Program-made: the position numbers and the translations under genes
The notes under the pieces: generated by a model
Told to the model about the DNA's origin: nothing
Databases searched by the model: none
What the model saw: the letters and a program-made list of their open reading frames with translations, nothing else
DNA from: Burkholderiales bacterium
GTDB lineage: Bacteria > Pseudomonadota > Gammaproteobacteria > Burkholderiales > SG8-39
DNA: 64,000 nucleotides
Assembly: GCA_036406675.1 (NCBI GenBank)
Contig: DASXAO010000114.1
Span: 1,739-65,738, forward strand
Reading direction: 5' to 3'
In this document: positions 1 to 8,680 of the stretch, piece by piece
How positions within the stretch are numbered: the stretch's first letter is position 1
How the letters are laid out: each line of letters begins with the position of its first letter

Positions 1-296
1 ATTTCGCCCACGCCCAGCGTGACGATGGCGAAGTAGTCCTCCTCGGTGACGCGCAGCGTGATGAACGCAACCAGCCCGCAGACCGCCGCTACGATCGCCA
101 TTGCGCCGAGCGTGGCGACGAAAGTATTGGCGCCGGCCTTGAGCATGAGCAGCGCCGCAGAATAGGCGCCCAGCGCATAGAAGCCGGTGAGGCCGAAGTT
201 CACCATCCCGCCGAGGCCCCATTGGAAGTTCAGCGCGAGTGCCAGGATCGCGGAGAAACAGATCACGATCCCGATGAGAATCAAAAACGAAATCAT
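1..296 (-). CDS. ABC transporter permease, LivM-like (HAAT family), 5' part only; gene continues past the left edge
   Basis: Manual minus-strand translation from the ATG at 296-294 gives MISFLILIGIVICFSAILALALNFQWGLGGMVNFGLTGFYALGAYSAALLMLKAG... This is a hydrophobic permease N-terminus starting 8 nt after the livH-like stop. It is absent from the ORF track because the window edge truncates it. Confidence 0.75.
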   Translation of the reverse strand, partial: MISFLILIGIVICFSAILALALNFQWGLGGMVNFGLTGFYALGAYSAALLMLKAGANTFVATLGAMAIVAAVCGLVAFITLRVTEEDYFAIVTLGVGE

Positions 297-303
297 CCGG
301 TTT

Positions 304-1170
304 CTACTTTCTTATATGGGGCTGCCCGAACAGGCCCTGCGGTCGGAAGACGAGAATCACGGCGATGGCAACCAGGGGAATGCCGATGCGATAGTTCGGC
401 GCGACGACGAGCGTCGAGAGCTCGCTCACCACGCCGATGACGAGCGCCCCGACGAAGGCGCCGAGCGGGCTTCCCAGGCCGCCGAGGATCGCCGCGGCGA
501 ACACGCTGATGAGGTAATTCGAGCCCATCGGCGGCTCGAGCGCGCGGTCCATGCCGATCAGCACGCCGCCGAGCGCAAGCAGGACGCCGGCGAGAAACCA
601 GGTCCAGCGGATCACCCGCGGGCTCTCGATGCCGCGCACCAGCGCGAGCGAGGGATTGTCGGCGACGGCGCGCATGGCGCGCCCCATCGGCAGGCGCGTG
701 AGGAGCACCCACATCGCGACCATCGCCGCGCTCGATACCGCGATGGTGATCATCTGCTCGTGGTTCATCCTCACGTCGGCGACGCGGAACGGCCGGGCGA
801 GCTCGATGGCGAAGCTTCGTGCCGTGTTGCCGTAGGCGAAGCGCGCCACGTTCTCGAGGATGAACCCGAGGCCGAGCGAGGCGACCATCAGCGTGATCGC
901 GCCGCGCTCGCGCAGCGGCCTGAACGTCAGCTGGTCGATACCGATGCACAGCGCGCCCATGCCGAGCGACGCTGCCACGGTGGCGGCGGCGAGCGGCCAG
1001 CCGAGCTGCGCGTTGAGCGCGAATGCGAGGTACGCGGCGACCGTCATCATCGCCCCGACCGCGAAGTTCGGGAACTTGAGCACGCCGAAGAGCAGCGTCA
1101 CCGCGAGCGCCGGCAGCGCCATGATCACGCCGGTGACGATGCCGTTAAACGTGGTTTGAAGCATTTCCAA
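304..1170 (-). CDS. ABC transporter permease, LivH-like (HAAT family)
   Basis: 288-aa multi-TM ORF with N-terminus MEMLQTTFNGIVTGVIMALPALAVTLLFGVLKFPNFAVGAMMTVAAYLAF, typical of LivH-type permeases. It lies in an operon with two Liv-type ATPases. Confidence 0.9.
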   Translation of the reverse strand: MEMLQTTFNGIVTGVIMALPALAVTLLFGVLKFPNFAVGAMMTVAAYLAFALNAQLGWPLAAATVAASLGMGALCIGIDQLTFRPLRERGAITLMVASLGLGFILENVARFAYGNTARSFAIELARPFRVADVRMNHEQMITIAVSSAAMVAMWVLLTRLPMGRAMRAVADNPSLALVRGIESPRVIRWTWFLAGVLLALGGVLIGMDRALEPPMGSNYLISVFAAAILGGLGSPLGAFVGALVIGVVSELSTLVVAPNYRIGIPLVAIAVILVFRPQGLFGQPHIRK

Positions 1171-1876
1171 GGTAGAAACTGTTCAAATCCTTCATGCCCA
1201 GGACGTCTTTCGCCGACGCGGAGGCGCGCACCCGGCCGCCGCTCAGCACGATGCAGCTGTGCGAGATGCGCAGCGCCTCGATGGCGTTCTGCTCGATCAT
1301 GAGGATGCTCACGCCGCTGCGGTTCACGCGCTCGACCCGCTCGAACACTTCGCGCGTCAGGATCGGCGAGAGCCCCGCCGAGGGTTCGTCGAGGATGAGG
1401 AGCCTGGGCCGCACCGTGAGGGCGCAGGCGAATGCGAGCATCTGGCGCTGGCCGCCGCTCAGGTTCCCCGCCGCGATGCGGTAGTGCTTCGGCAGCTCCG
1501 GGAAGAGCTCCGCGAGGCTGTCGTCGAGCACGCGCGCGGCTTTGCCGTTCGCGCCCATGAACTCGCGCGCGATCTTCAGGTTCTCGAGCACCGTGAGGTT
1601 GCGGAACACGTTGTATTCCTGCGGCACGTACGAGATCCCGGCGAGCACGCGCTTGGGAGCGCCGAGCTCGTTGAGCCGGCGCCCGTCGAGCTCGATCCTG
1701 CCGGCGCGCGCCGGCAGCAGGCCGGCGAGCGTCTTGGCGAGCGTCGACTTGCCCGAGCCGTTCGGTCCGATGACGGTCATGATTTTCTCGGCAGGAAGCT
1801 CGAGCTCGATCCCCTTGAGGATGTCGCCGGCGCCGTACCCCGCGTGCAGCCCGCTGACTTTGAGGACGGAAGTCAT
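1145..1876 (-). CDS. ABC transporter ATP-binding protein, LivF-like
   Basis: An internal ATG (1876) of ORF 1145..2212 gives MTSVLKVSGLHAGYG. Walker A GPNGSGKST, signature LSGGQRQM and Walker B LLILDEPS are present. The start forms an ATGA overlap with the upstream ATPase stop. Confidence 0.9.
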   Translation of the reverse strand: MTSVLKVSGLHAGYGAGDILKGIELELPAEKIMTVIGPNGSGKSTLAKTLAGLLPARAGRIELDGRRLNELGAPKRVLAGISYVPQEYNVFRNLTVLENLKIAREFMGANGKAARVLDDSLAELFPELPKHYRIAAGNLSGGQRQMLAFACALTVRPRLLILDEPSAGLSPILTREVFERVERVNRSGVSILMIEQNAIEALRISHSCIVLSGGRVRASASAKDVLGMKDLNSFYLGNASNHV

Positions 1877-2628
1877 GCGGCCTTCCCAAGGTACGCGTTC
1901 ATGACCTCGCCGTTGCTCGCCACCTCGCCGAAGCTGCCGCGCATCAGCGTGCGGCCCTCGGCGAGGACGAAGATCGGCGCGCAGAGGCGCGCGATCACGT
2001 CCATGTCGTGCTCGATGATCGCGAAGGTGAGGCCCTCGCCGCGCAGCTTGAGGATGGTGCGCGCGAGCGCCTCGGTCATGGCGGGGCTCACCCCCGCCGT
2101 GGGCTCGTCGAGCAGGATGATCTTGGGCTCGAGCATCAGCGCGCGCGAGATCTCGAGCAGCTTCTTCTGCCCGCCGGAAAGGTGCTTCGCCGGCTCGTTC
2201 GCGAGCGGCCACAGGCCGACCTCATCGAGCAGCGCGCGCGCCTTGGCCGCTGCGGCGTGTTCTTCTGTCTGTATCTTCCTTGGGGTCAACAACACCCGCC
2301 ATACCGACTCGCCCGACTGGCGCGGGCGCGCGAGCAGCATGTTCTCGAGCACGGTGAGCTCGCCGAGCTCGCGCGACATCTGGAAGGTGCGTACCAGCCC
2401 GATGCGGGCGCGCTCGTCGGCGCGCAGACCGAGGATGCTGCGTCCTTCGAAGGCCACGTCGCCCGATTCGGGCGCGAGCAGCCCGCCGAGCACGTTGAAC
2501 AGCGTCGATTTGCCGGCGCCGTTGGGGCCGATGATGCCGGTGATGCTGCCGCGCGCGATCTCGAGCGAGCAGCCGGCGAGCGCGCGGAAGCCGCCGAAGG
2601 ATTTCACCACCCGGCTCGCTTGAAGCAT
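1873..2628 (-). CDS. ABC transporter ATP-binding protein, LivG-like
   Basis: Walker A GPNGAGKST, signature LSGGQKKLLEI and Walker B ILLDEPTAG are present. I chose the start at ATG 2628 (MLQASRVVKSF); the ORF-track start at 2682 adds an Arg-rich leader that does not look real. Confidence 0.9.
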   Translation of the reverse strand: MLQASRVVKSFGGFRALAGCSLEIARGSITGIIGPNGAGKSTLFNVLGGLLAPESGDVAFEGRSILGLRADERARIGLVRTFQMSRELGELTVLENMLLARPRQSGESVWRVLLTPRKIQTEEHAAAAKARALLDEVGLWPLANEPAKHLSGGQKKLLEISRALMLEPKIILLDEPTAGVSPAMTEALARTILKLRGEGLTFAIIEHDMDVIARLCAPIFVLAEGRTLMRGSFGEVASNGEVMNAYLGKAA

Positions 2629-2641
2629 GGGCCGCCTTTTT

Positions 2642-3709
2642 CTACGCCGCCTTGTGCACCGCGACCGCAACGGCCTGGCCACGGTTGCCGCGCTCCATCT
2701 CCTCGAGGATCTTCCTGCAGCGCAGCAGCGCCTTGTCGGAGCGCAGGTAGACCTCGTGGTAGCCGTCTTCCGGATACTCGAAGTTCTTCTGCTGCAGCTC
2801 GAGCGCCCAGCGGTCTTCCTCCATCACCGTGGGGAAGTTTGCGGCGATGTCCTGCGTGAGCTTCTTCGAGTGGGTGCTGACCCACAAGCGCCACGTGTGA
2901 TTCGTGCCATCGATCGGCGTGTGCGCGTGATGGATGACGTAGCCGCGCTCCTCGGAGGCGACCCCCAGCTTCCCGGGGGGCGCGCAGCGCAGCTCCACGC
3001 GCGTGAGGCCCGGTCCCATCATGTGGTGCGTGTGCCAGCGGTCGACCACCGGAAAGCCGAACCAGTCGGCCATGAATGGCGGCTGGGCATAGTTCTGGGC
3101 CCGGCGGATCGTCTTCACCGTCTGCACTCCGTTCAGCGTCTCCTCCACCAGCTCGAACGGAATCTTGCTCTGCTCGATGTCGCCGATGTTGCCGTCGTGC
3201 AGCGGGTAGAAGTGCGTAATGTCCAGCAGGTTCTCGATCATGAGCAGGTAGTTCGCCGGCACGTGGACCGGGTCGAACATGTGCGTGTGCCACCCGGCGC
3301 CATAGAGCTCCGGGGTCGGCACCGGCACCGCGGTCGAGCTCTTCGCCGGGTCGCCGAGCCACACCCACGCGAGGCCGTCCTGCTCGACCAGCGGAAACGG
3401 ACGCAGCTTGGCGCGCGTGGGGATCGGCAGGTCGAGCTGCGAGGGGATGCGCACGCAGTTGCCCGTGCCGTCGTAGCAGAAGCCGTGGTAGGGGCACTCG
3501 AGCACGCCGTCCGCGAGCACGCGCCCTTCCGAGAGCGGCATGCGCTTGTGCACGCAGCGGTCGTCGAAGGCCGTGAGCTTGCCTTCGGCGGTGCGCCACA
3601 GGAGCACCGGACGGTTACACAGGCGCAGCCCCTTGGGCTCGTTCACGGGGAAATCCTGCGAGCGTCCGGCGACGTACCAGGCGTTCTCAACGAAGGTGTT
3701 GATCGGCAT
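2642..3709 (-). CDS. Rieske [2Fe-2S] aromatic-ring oxygenase alpha subunit (VanA/phthalate-family-like)
   Basis: 355 aa. Rieske motif CVHKRMPLSEG...LECPYHGF (C-x-H...C-x-x-H) and a mononuclear iron motif DITHFYPLH (D-x-x-H-x4-H) are present. Confidence 0.85.
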   Translation of the reverse strand: MPINTFVENAWYVAGRSQDFPVNEPKGLRLCNRPVLLWRTAEGKLTAFDDRCVHKRMPLSEGRVLADGVLECPYHGFCYDGTGNCVRIPSQLDLPIPTRAKLRPFPLVEQDGLAWVWLGDPAKSSTAVPVPTPELYGAGWHTHMFDPVHVPANYLLMIENLLDITHFYPLHDGNIGDIEQSKIPFELVEETLNGVQTVKTIRRAQNYAQPPFMADWFGFPVVDRWHTHHMMGPGLTRVELRCAPPGKLGVASEERGYVIHHAHTPIDGTNHTWRLWVSTHSKKLTQDIAANFPTVMEEDRWALELQQKNFEYPEDGYHEVYLRSDKALLRCRKILEEMERGNRGQAVAVAVHKAA

Positions 3710-3724
3710 CGAGCGACTCCTTTC

Positions 3725-4675
3725 CTATTCCAAAGGGATGCGGGCCTGGGCCACGAGCTTCTTCCACAGGGCGAGATCGTCGCGGTTGATCACGAAGAGC
3801 TGCTCGGGAGTCGAGCCCTCGGCCGCATAGCCGTAGCTCTGCAGCTTCTCGAGCACCTCGGGGCGCTTGAGCGCCGCGTTCACTTCCTTGTTCAGCCGCT
3901 CGACGATCGGACGCGGGAGCTTCGGCGGACCGAACACGCCGGCCCACTGGCGCACGGTGACCTGCGGTACGCCCGCTTCGGCGATCGTCGGGACGTCGGG
4001 CGCGAGCGGGCTTCTCTTTTCGAGCAGCACCGCGAGCGGGCGGAGCCTGCCTTCCTTGGCGTTCGAGAGCGCCGACAGCGTGCTGAGGAAGGACGACTGC
4101 ACGCGGCCGGCGAGGAGGTCGGGATTGAGCGGCCCTTCACCCTTGTAGGGCACGTGCAGCATCTCGATCCCGGTGGCGCTCATGAGCTGAACGTTGTAGA
4201 GGATCGAGAGCGCGTTGCCGGTGCCGTAGGCGAGCTTGCCGGGATTGGCGCGCGCATAGTCGACGAACTCCTTCAGCGTCTTGGCCGGAACCGAGGGATG
4301 CGCGTACAGGATGACCGTCGCGCGGCCGACGAGCGAGATCGGGGTGAAGTCCTTGAGCGGATCGTAGGGCGGACTCTTCCGCAGCGCGACGGGCCCGGTC
4401 ATCGCGCTGTTCGAGGCGAACATGATGGTGTAGCCGTCGGGCGCGATGCGCGTCATCTGCTCGGCCGCGAGCGCGCTGTCGGCGCCGGGCCGGTTGTCGA
4501 CGATCACCGGCTGGCCGATCTGCTCGGAGAGCGCCTGGCCGATGATGCGTGTGGTGGGATCAGCCGAGCCGCCGGGCGGGAAGCCGACGATGAAGCGGAT
4601 GGGCTTCGCCGGGTACTGCGCGAATGCGGCGCCGGAGATGGCGGCGAGCGCGAGCGCCAACAGGATGCGGTGCAT
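3725..4675 (-). CDS. Bug/TctC-family tripartite tricarboxylate transporter substrate-binding protein
   Basis: 316 aa with signal peptide MHRILLALALAAISGAAFAQ. The stretch YPAKPIRFIVGFPPGGSADPTTR and the overall length are typical of the Bug family. Confidence 0.85.
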   Translation of the reverse strand: MHRILLALALAAISGAAFAQYPAKPIRFIVGFPPGGSADPTTRIIGQALSEQIGQPVIVDNRPGADSALAAEQMTRIAPDGYTIMFASNSAMTGPVALRKSPPYDPLKDFTPISLVGRATVILYAHPSVPAKTLKEFVDYARANPGKLAYGTGNALSILYNVQLMSATGIEMLHVPYKGEGPLNPDLLAGRVQSSFLSTLSALSNAKEGRLRPLAVLLEKRSPLAPDVPTIAEAGVPQVTVRQWAGVFGPPKLPRPIVERLNKEVNAALKRPEVLEKLQSYGYAAEGSTPEQLFVINRDDLALWKKLVAQARIPLE

Positions 4676-4725
4676 CGGAGCTCCTCCTCAGCGCAGCATA
4701 TAAGAAAAACAGATAAATCGAAAAG

Positions 4726-4746
4726 AATCGGGGTCAGACCCCGATT
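4726..4746. repeat. REP-like palindromic element, G-type core (AATCGGGGTCAGACCCCGATT)
   Basis: Near-perfect 21-nt palindrome, 8 nt downstream of the stop of the 4755..5531 gene. It belongs to the same family as the copies at 9635, 24957 and 24981. Confidence 0.85.
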
Positions 4747-4754
4747 TGGGCTCG

Positions 4755-5531
4755 TTAGCCGTAGCCGAGAAACTTCTCCAGCGCCGCCTGGCCGCCGGGG
4801 CGCTTGCCCCACTTGAATTCCTCAAGACTGGCGTGAAGGGCGTGGTACTGCACCAGGGTCGAAAACGCATAGTAAAGGACGATCGCGGCGCCGCGATGCT
4901 CCTCGAGCGAGCGCTCCGGCATGTCGATGATCATCGCCGGCCGGTCGATGCGCCGGCGCACCTCGGCGAGCTCGGCCGGACCGACCGCGGTGGGGAAGAC
5001 CATGTCGGCGCCGGCCTCGGCGTAGAGGGCCAGCCGCGCGATGCAGTCCTCCAGGTCGCGCGCTACCCAGAAAGCGTCGGAGCGCGCGACGATCATGAAT
5101 TCCGGATTCCTGCGGGCGGCAACGGCGGCGGAAATGCGCTCTGCGGTCGCCTTCATGGGGTGCAGCGTCTGCGGGGCGCCCGTGTGCTTGCCCGCGCCCG
5201 TATGGTCCTCGATGTGGATCGCGGCTACGCCGGCGCCCTCGAAGGCCTGCACCGTTCGCCAGATCTCGCCGGCCTCATGGAAGCCACCTTCGGCATCGGC
5301 GATCACCGGCAGCTTCACCGCCTGCGCAATGGTGCGCGCCTGCGCGACGAGCGCCTCGAGCGAAAGGAGCCCCGTATCGGGGATGCCGAAGCGGCTCGCG
5401 GCGGTGGCGTAGCTGCCGATGTAGACGCAGCCGAAGCCGTGCGCCTCGATCAGCTTCGCGCTCAGAGCGTCGGTGGCGCCGGGTGCGACGAGCATTTTTC
5501 CCGAAGCCACGAGCTCGCGCAGCGAAGTCAT
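4755..5531 (-). CDS. Isocitrate lyase/PEP mutase superfamily enzyme (carboxyvinyl-carboxyphosphonate phosphorylmutase / oxaloacetate decarboxylase-like)
   Basis: 258 aa. LVAPGATDALSAKLIEAHGFGCVYIGSY...VIADAEGGF...GVAAIHIEDH is typical of the ICL/PEPM fold. The start at 5531 is uncertain, with an alternative ATG at 5495 (see findings). Confidence 0.8.
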   Translation of the reverse strand: MTSLRELVASGKMLVAPGATDALSAKLIEAHGFGCVYIGSYATAASRFGIPDTGLLSLEALVAQARTIAQAVKLPVIADAEGGFHEAGEIWRTVQAFEGAGVAAIHIEDHTGAGKHTGAPQTLHPMKATAERISAAVAARRNPEFMIVARSDAFWVARDLEDCIARLALYAEAGADMVFPTAVGPAELAEVRRRIDRPAMIIDMPERSLEEHRGAAIVLYYAFSTLVQYHALHASLEEFKWGKRPGGQAALEKFLGYG

Positions 5532-6951
5532 GGCGGCGAATCCTACTAGAATAAAAACCGTGACCGCGATCTCGAAATTCTGGGACGACGCCGTCGTCCC
5601 GACTCTCGTCGACTACATCCGCATTCCCGCCAAGTCGCCCCATTTCGACCACGAATGGGCGCGGCACGGCCACATCGACGCCGCCGTGAAGCTCGCCGCC
5701 GATTGGTGCACGCGCCACGCGGTGGCCGGGATGAAGCTCGAGGTTGTCCGCCTGGAAGGGCGTACGCCGGTGCTTTTTGTGGAAATTCCCGGCTCGAAGG
5801 GCAATGTGCTGATCTACGGGCACCTCGACAAGCAGCCCGAGATGACCGGCTGGCGCGAGGGCCTAGGACCGTGGACGCCGGTGATCGAGGGCGGCAAGCT
5901 CTACGGACGCGGCGGAGCCGATGACGGCTACGCGGTGTTCTGCGCGCTTGCCGCGCTGCGGGCGCTGCAGCAGGAGAAACGCGCCCACGCGCGCGTGGCG
6001 ATCCTCATCGAATGCTGCGAGGAGAGCGGCAGCTACGACCTCCCGGCCTACCTGGAAGCGCTTGCGCCGCGCATCGGCACGCCGGACCTGGTCGTGGGAC
6101 TCGACTCGGGCTGCGGCAACTACGATCAGCTCTGGGGCACGACCTCGCTGCGGGGGCTCGTCAACGGGGTGCTGAGCGTCGAGGTGCTCACGGAAGGGGT
6201 GCACTCCGGCGACGCGAGCGGCGTGGTGGCCGAAGGGGCGCGCGTCGCGCGCCAGCTCCTGGAGCGTATCGACGATGCCGCAACCGGCGTGGTGAAGCCG
6301 GCCGCGTTCCACGCGCAGATTCCGTTGGAGCGAAGCGAGCAGGCGAAACGCGCGGCCGAGGTCCTCGGCGAAGAGATCTGGCGCAGGTTCCCTTTCGTGA
6401 AGGGCATGCAGCCGATGACCTCGGATCTCTCCGACCTGGTGCTCAATCGCACCTGGCGGCCGATGCTCGCCGTCACCGGCGCCGAGGGCCTGCCCGCGCC
6501 GGCCAATGCCGGCAACGTGCTGCGGCCGAAGACGGCGCTCGTGCTTTCCCTGCGGCTGCCGCCGACCGTCAAGGCCGACAGCGCCGCGCGGCAGCTCCAG
6601 GCGATCCTCGAAGCCGACCCGCCGTACGGCGCGCGCGTGAAGTTCGACTACGGCCAGGCCGCAACCGGCTGGCACGCGCCGCCGACCGCGCCGTGGCTCG
6701 CCGCCGCGGTCGACACCACCTCGATCAAGAACTTTGGCAAGAGCGCGATGTGGATGGGCGAGGGCGGCACCATCCCGTTCATGGCGATGCTCGGCGCGCG
6801 CTTTCCGAGCGCCCAGTTCCTGATCACCGGCGTCCTCGGCCCTCAGGCGAACGCCCACGGCCCCAACGAGTTCCTGCACATCGAGTACGCCAAGCGGTTG
6901 ACGGCGTGCGTGGCCGACGTGCTCGCCGCCCACGCGGCGCAGGAAAAATAG
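5530..6951 (+). CDS. M20-family metallopeptidase (ArgE/DapE/ACY1/CPG2-type dipeptidase)
   Basis: VLIYGHLDKQP, GRGGADDGY and IECCEESGS are M20 metal-ligand motifs. The start is either ATG 5530 or in-frame GTG 5560. The codons between them are AT-rich and atypical for this genome. The stop TAG lies inside a repeat unit. Confidence 0.85.
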   Translation: MAANPTRIKTVTAISKFWDDAVVPTLVDYIRIPAKSPHFDHEWARHGHIDAAVKLAADWCTRHAVAGMKLEVVRLEGRTPVLFVEIPGSKGNVLIYGHLDKQPEMTGWREGLGPWTPVIEGGKLYGRGGADDGYAVFCALAALRALQQEKRAHARVAILIECCEESGSYDLPAYLEALAPRIGTPDLVVGLDSGCGNYDQLWGTTSLRGLVNGVLSVEVLTEGVHSGDASGVVAEGARVARQLLERIDDAATGVVKPAAFHAQIPLERSEQAKRAAEVLGEEIWRRFPFVKGMQPMTSDLSDLVLNRTWRPMLAVTGAEGLPAPANAGNVLRPKTALVLSLRLPPTVKADSAARQLQAILEADPPYGARVKFDYGQAATGWHAPPTAPWLAAAVDTTSIKNFGKSAMWMGEGGTIPFMAMLGARFPSAQFLITGVLGPQANAHGPNEFLHIEYAKRLTACVADVLAAHAAQEK

Positions 6952-7017
6952 GGACAGACCCTATTTTCCGTTGCTCGGCGGAGCCCGCAGGAAAATAGGG
7001 TCTGTCCCTGTTTTTCC
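6942..7017. repeat. Pair of inverted REP-like units (6942-6969 and 6990-7017), chimeric core AGGGACAGACCCT / AGGGTCTGTCCCT
   Basis: GGAAAAATAGGGACAGACCCTATTTTCC and GGAAAATAGGGTCTGTCCCTGTTTTTCC are reverse complements with 1 mismatch. Together they fill the gap between the convergent M20 and gshA genes and overlap or abut both stop codons. Confidence 0.9.
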
Positions 7018-8550
7018 TTAGATCTTGAGGTTCTGCGGGTCGAGGTACTGCTTGCGGTAGGTCTCGAAGTCGACGCGGTCCTGCGCCTCGATCTGGCGCT
7101 GCTTGGCGCTCGAGGCGCGCGCGAGGTTCGCGAATTCGTCCTCGATCTTTGGGGGAAGCGGCGTGGCGAGGAGGCTCGCCCGGTGCAGGAGCGACTCGGC
7201 GAGGACGAAGCGCACGAAGGAGTTGCCGTGGTTGCGCGCCATCGCGTGCAGCACGCGCGCCGAAGGCACGGAATCGGGATTGTCGAGCGCGCTCGAGGCC
7301 GCCCGCACCGCGTCGCGGTAGGCGATGCCGCCAAGCTGCGAATCGAGCTTTTCGGCCACCGGCGCGCACTGCGAAACGATCTCCCGGCCCCACTCCTTGA
7401 GCGGCACCTCGCGGCCCGCGCGCGAAAGCACGAGGCCGGGCTCGCGCCCGCGCGCCGCGACGCGCTCCTGGTTGCGCGTGATCGAGGCGATCTCGGCCGG
7501 CGTGTCGGGCGGGCTCTCGGCGAACAGGCAATGGAGCAGGAACACGTCGAGGAAGCGGCAGGTCGCCGCGGTGATGCCGATCGGCGAGAAGGGATCGAGG
7601 TCCATCAGCCGCACTTCGACGTACTCGACGCCGCGCTCGCGCAGCGCGTGGAGCGGACGCTCGCCCGGGCGGATGCGCCGCTTCGGCCGGATCTTGCCGT
7701 AGAACTCGTTCTCGATCTGCAGGAGCGAGGTGGCGAGCTGCCGGTATTCGCCGTTCGCGTCCTGTAAGCCGATCTTCTCGTAGGGCGGATAGGGCGTGGT
7801 GAGCGCCCCGTAGAGCGAGGCGCCGTAGTCCGCCATGCTGTTGTAGCTCACCGAGAGCGAGGACTGGGCATCGCTCTGGTAGCCCAAGCGCCCCATGCGC
7901 AGCGACGTGGCGTGGGGCAGATAGAGCGTGCCCGGCGCGAGCTGCTTGAGGCCATGCTTCGTATTTCCTGCGACGAAGCTCTCGCACACCGTGGGCGAGG
8001 CGCCGAAGAGGTAGAAGAGCAGCCACGCGTCGCGCCGGAAGTTGCGCACCAGCCCGAAGTACTGCTCGGTCGAGCAGTCCGGAAGCGACCAGTTGTAGTG
8101 GATGCCGGAGATCGTCTGCATGCGCCGGCCGTAGCGGTGCGCGAGCCCCATCCGGTAGACGGTCTTCGCCTTGCCCACGTTCGAGCCGCCGTAGCGGCCG
8201 AGCGGGATCTCGTCGTCGGGCGGAAGCTGGCACGGCATGCTGGCGCACCACAGGATCTCGTCGAGACTTCCCTGCGTGAGGGCGCGGTAGACGACCTGGT
8301 GGATGGAGCCGAGCTCCTCCAGCATCGCGTCGACGCTCGTGCGCGCGCCGGTGATCAGCTCGAGCTGGCTCTCGCTGAAGTCGGTGGTGATGTGCGCGTG
8401 CGTGAGCGGCGAGCCGAGCGCCGCGGGATGCGGCGTAGTCGCCAGCGATCCGTCGGGACGCGTGCGCAGGCTCTCCTTCTCGATCCCGCGCCGCATTCCG
8501 GTCACCGCGGCGCGCGTGAGTGAATTAAGTCCGATTTCGCTCGCGCTCAT
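7018..8550 (-). CDS. gshA: Glutamate--cysteine ligase (E. coli-type GshA)
   Basis: 510 aa. RGIEKESLR..., GIHYNWSLP, ENEFYGKIRPKR and GVEYVEVRLMDLDPF are characteristic gamma-glutamylcysteine synthetase blocks. Confidence 0.92.
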   Translation of the reverse strand: MSASEIGLNSLTRAAVTGMRRGIEKESLRTRPDGSLATTPHPAALGSPLTHAHITTDFSESQLELITGARTSVDAMLEELGSIHQVVYRALTQGSLDEILWCASMPCQLPPDDEIPLGRYGGSNVGKAKTVYRMGLAHRYGRRMQTISGIHYNWSLPDCSTEQYFGLVRNFRRDAWLLFYLFGASPTVCESFVAGNTKHGLKQLAPGTLYLPHATSLRMGRLGYQSDAQSSLSVSYNSMADYGASLYGALTTPYPPYEKIGLQDANGEYRQLATSLLQIENEFYGKIRPKRRIRPGERPLHALRERGVEYVEVRLMDLDPFSPIGITAATCRFLDVFLLHCLFAESPPDTPAEIASITRNQERVAARGREPGLVLSRAGREVPLKEWGREIVSQCAPVAEKLDSQLGGIAYRDAVRAASSALDNPDSVPSARVLHAMARNHGNSFVRFVLAESLLHRASLLATPLPPKIEDEFANLARASSAKQRQIEAQDRVDFETYRKQYLDPQNLKI

Positions 8551-8680
8551 GTCCCGGCAATGTCGTTACCCCCCGACACGCAATAGCAACTACACGTGTG
8601 TCATTTTCAGTCTTGTGAGATGTCGCAATCGCCGCTACAGTTCGTCGCAGGTTTGACGAAGGGAGGTAGTGGTGAAGGGA

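Noticed and set aside
6942-7017. Whether the repeated palindromes (also at 24955-25001 and 39441-39510) could be a CRISPR array.
   Set aside because: There are only two units per locus, in inverted rather than direct orientation. There are no regular repeat-spacer periodicity, no leader and no cas genes. The units are scattered at gene ends, as REP elements are.
8620-8630. Identical 11-mer ATGTCGCAATC in two divergent promoter regions (8620-8630 and 50701-50711), considered as a shared regulator site.
   Set aside because: An exact 11-mer shared once within 64 kb (both strands) is expected many times by chance. The flanks do not align, and the spacing to the adjacent GTGA differs (4 versus 6 nt).
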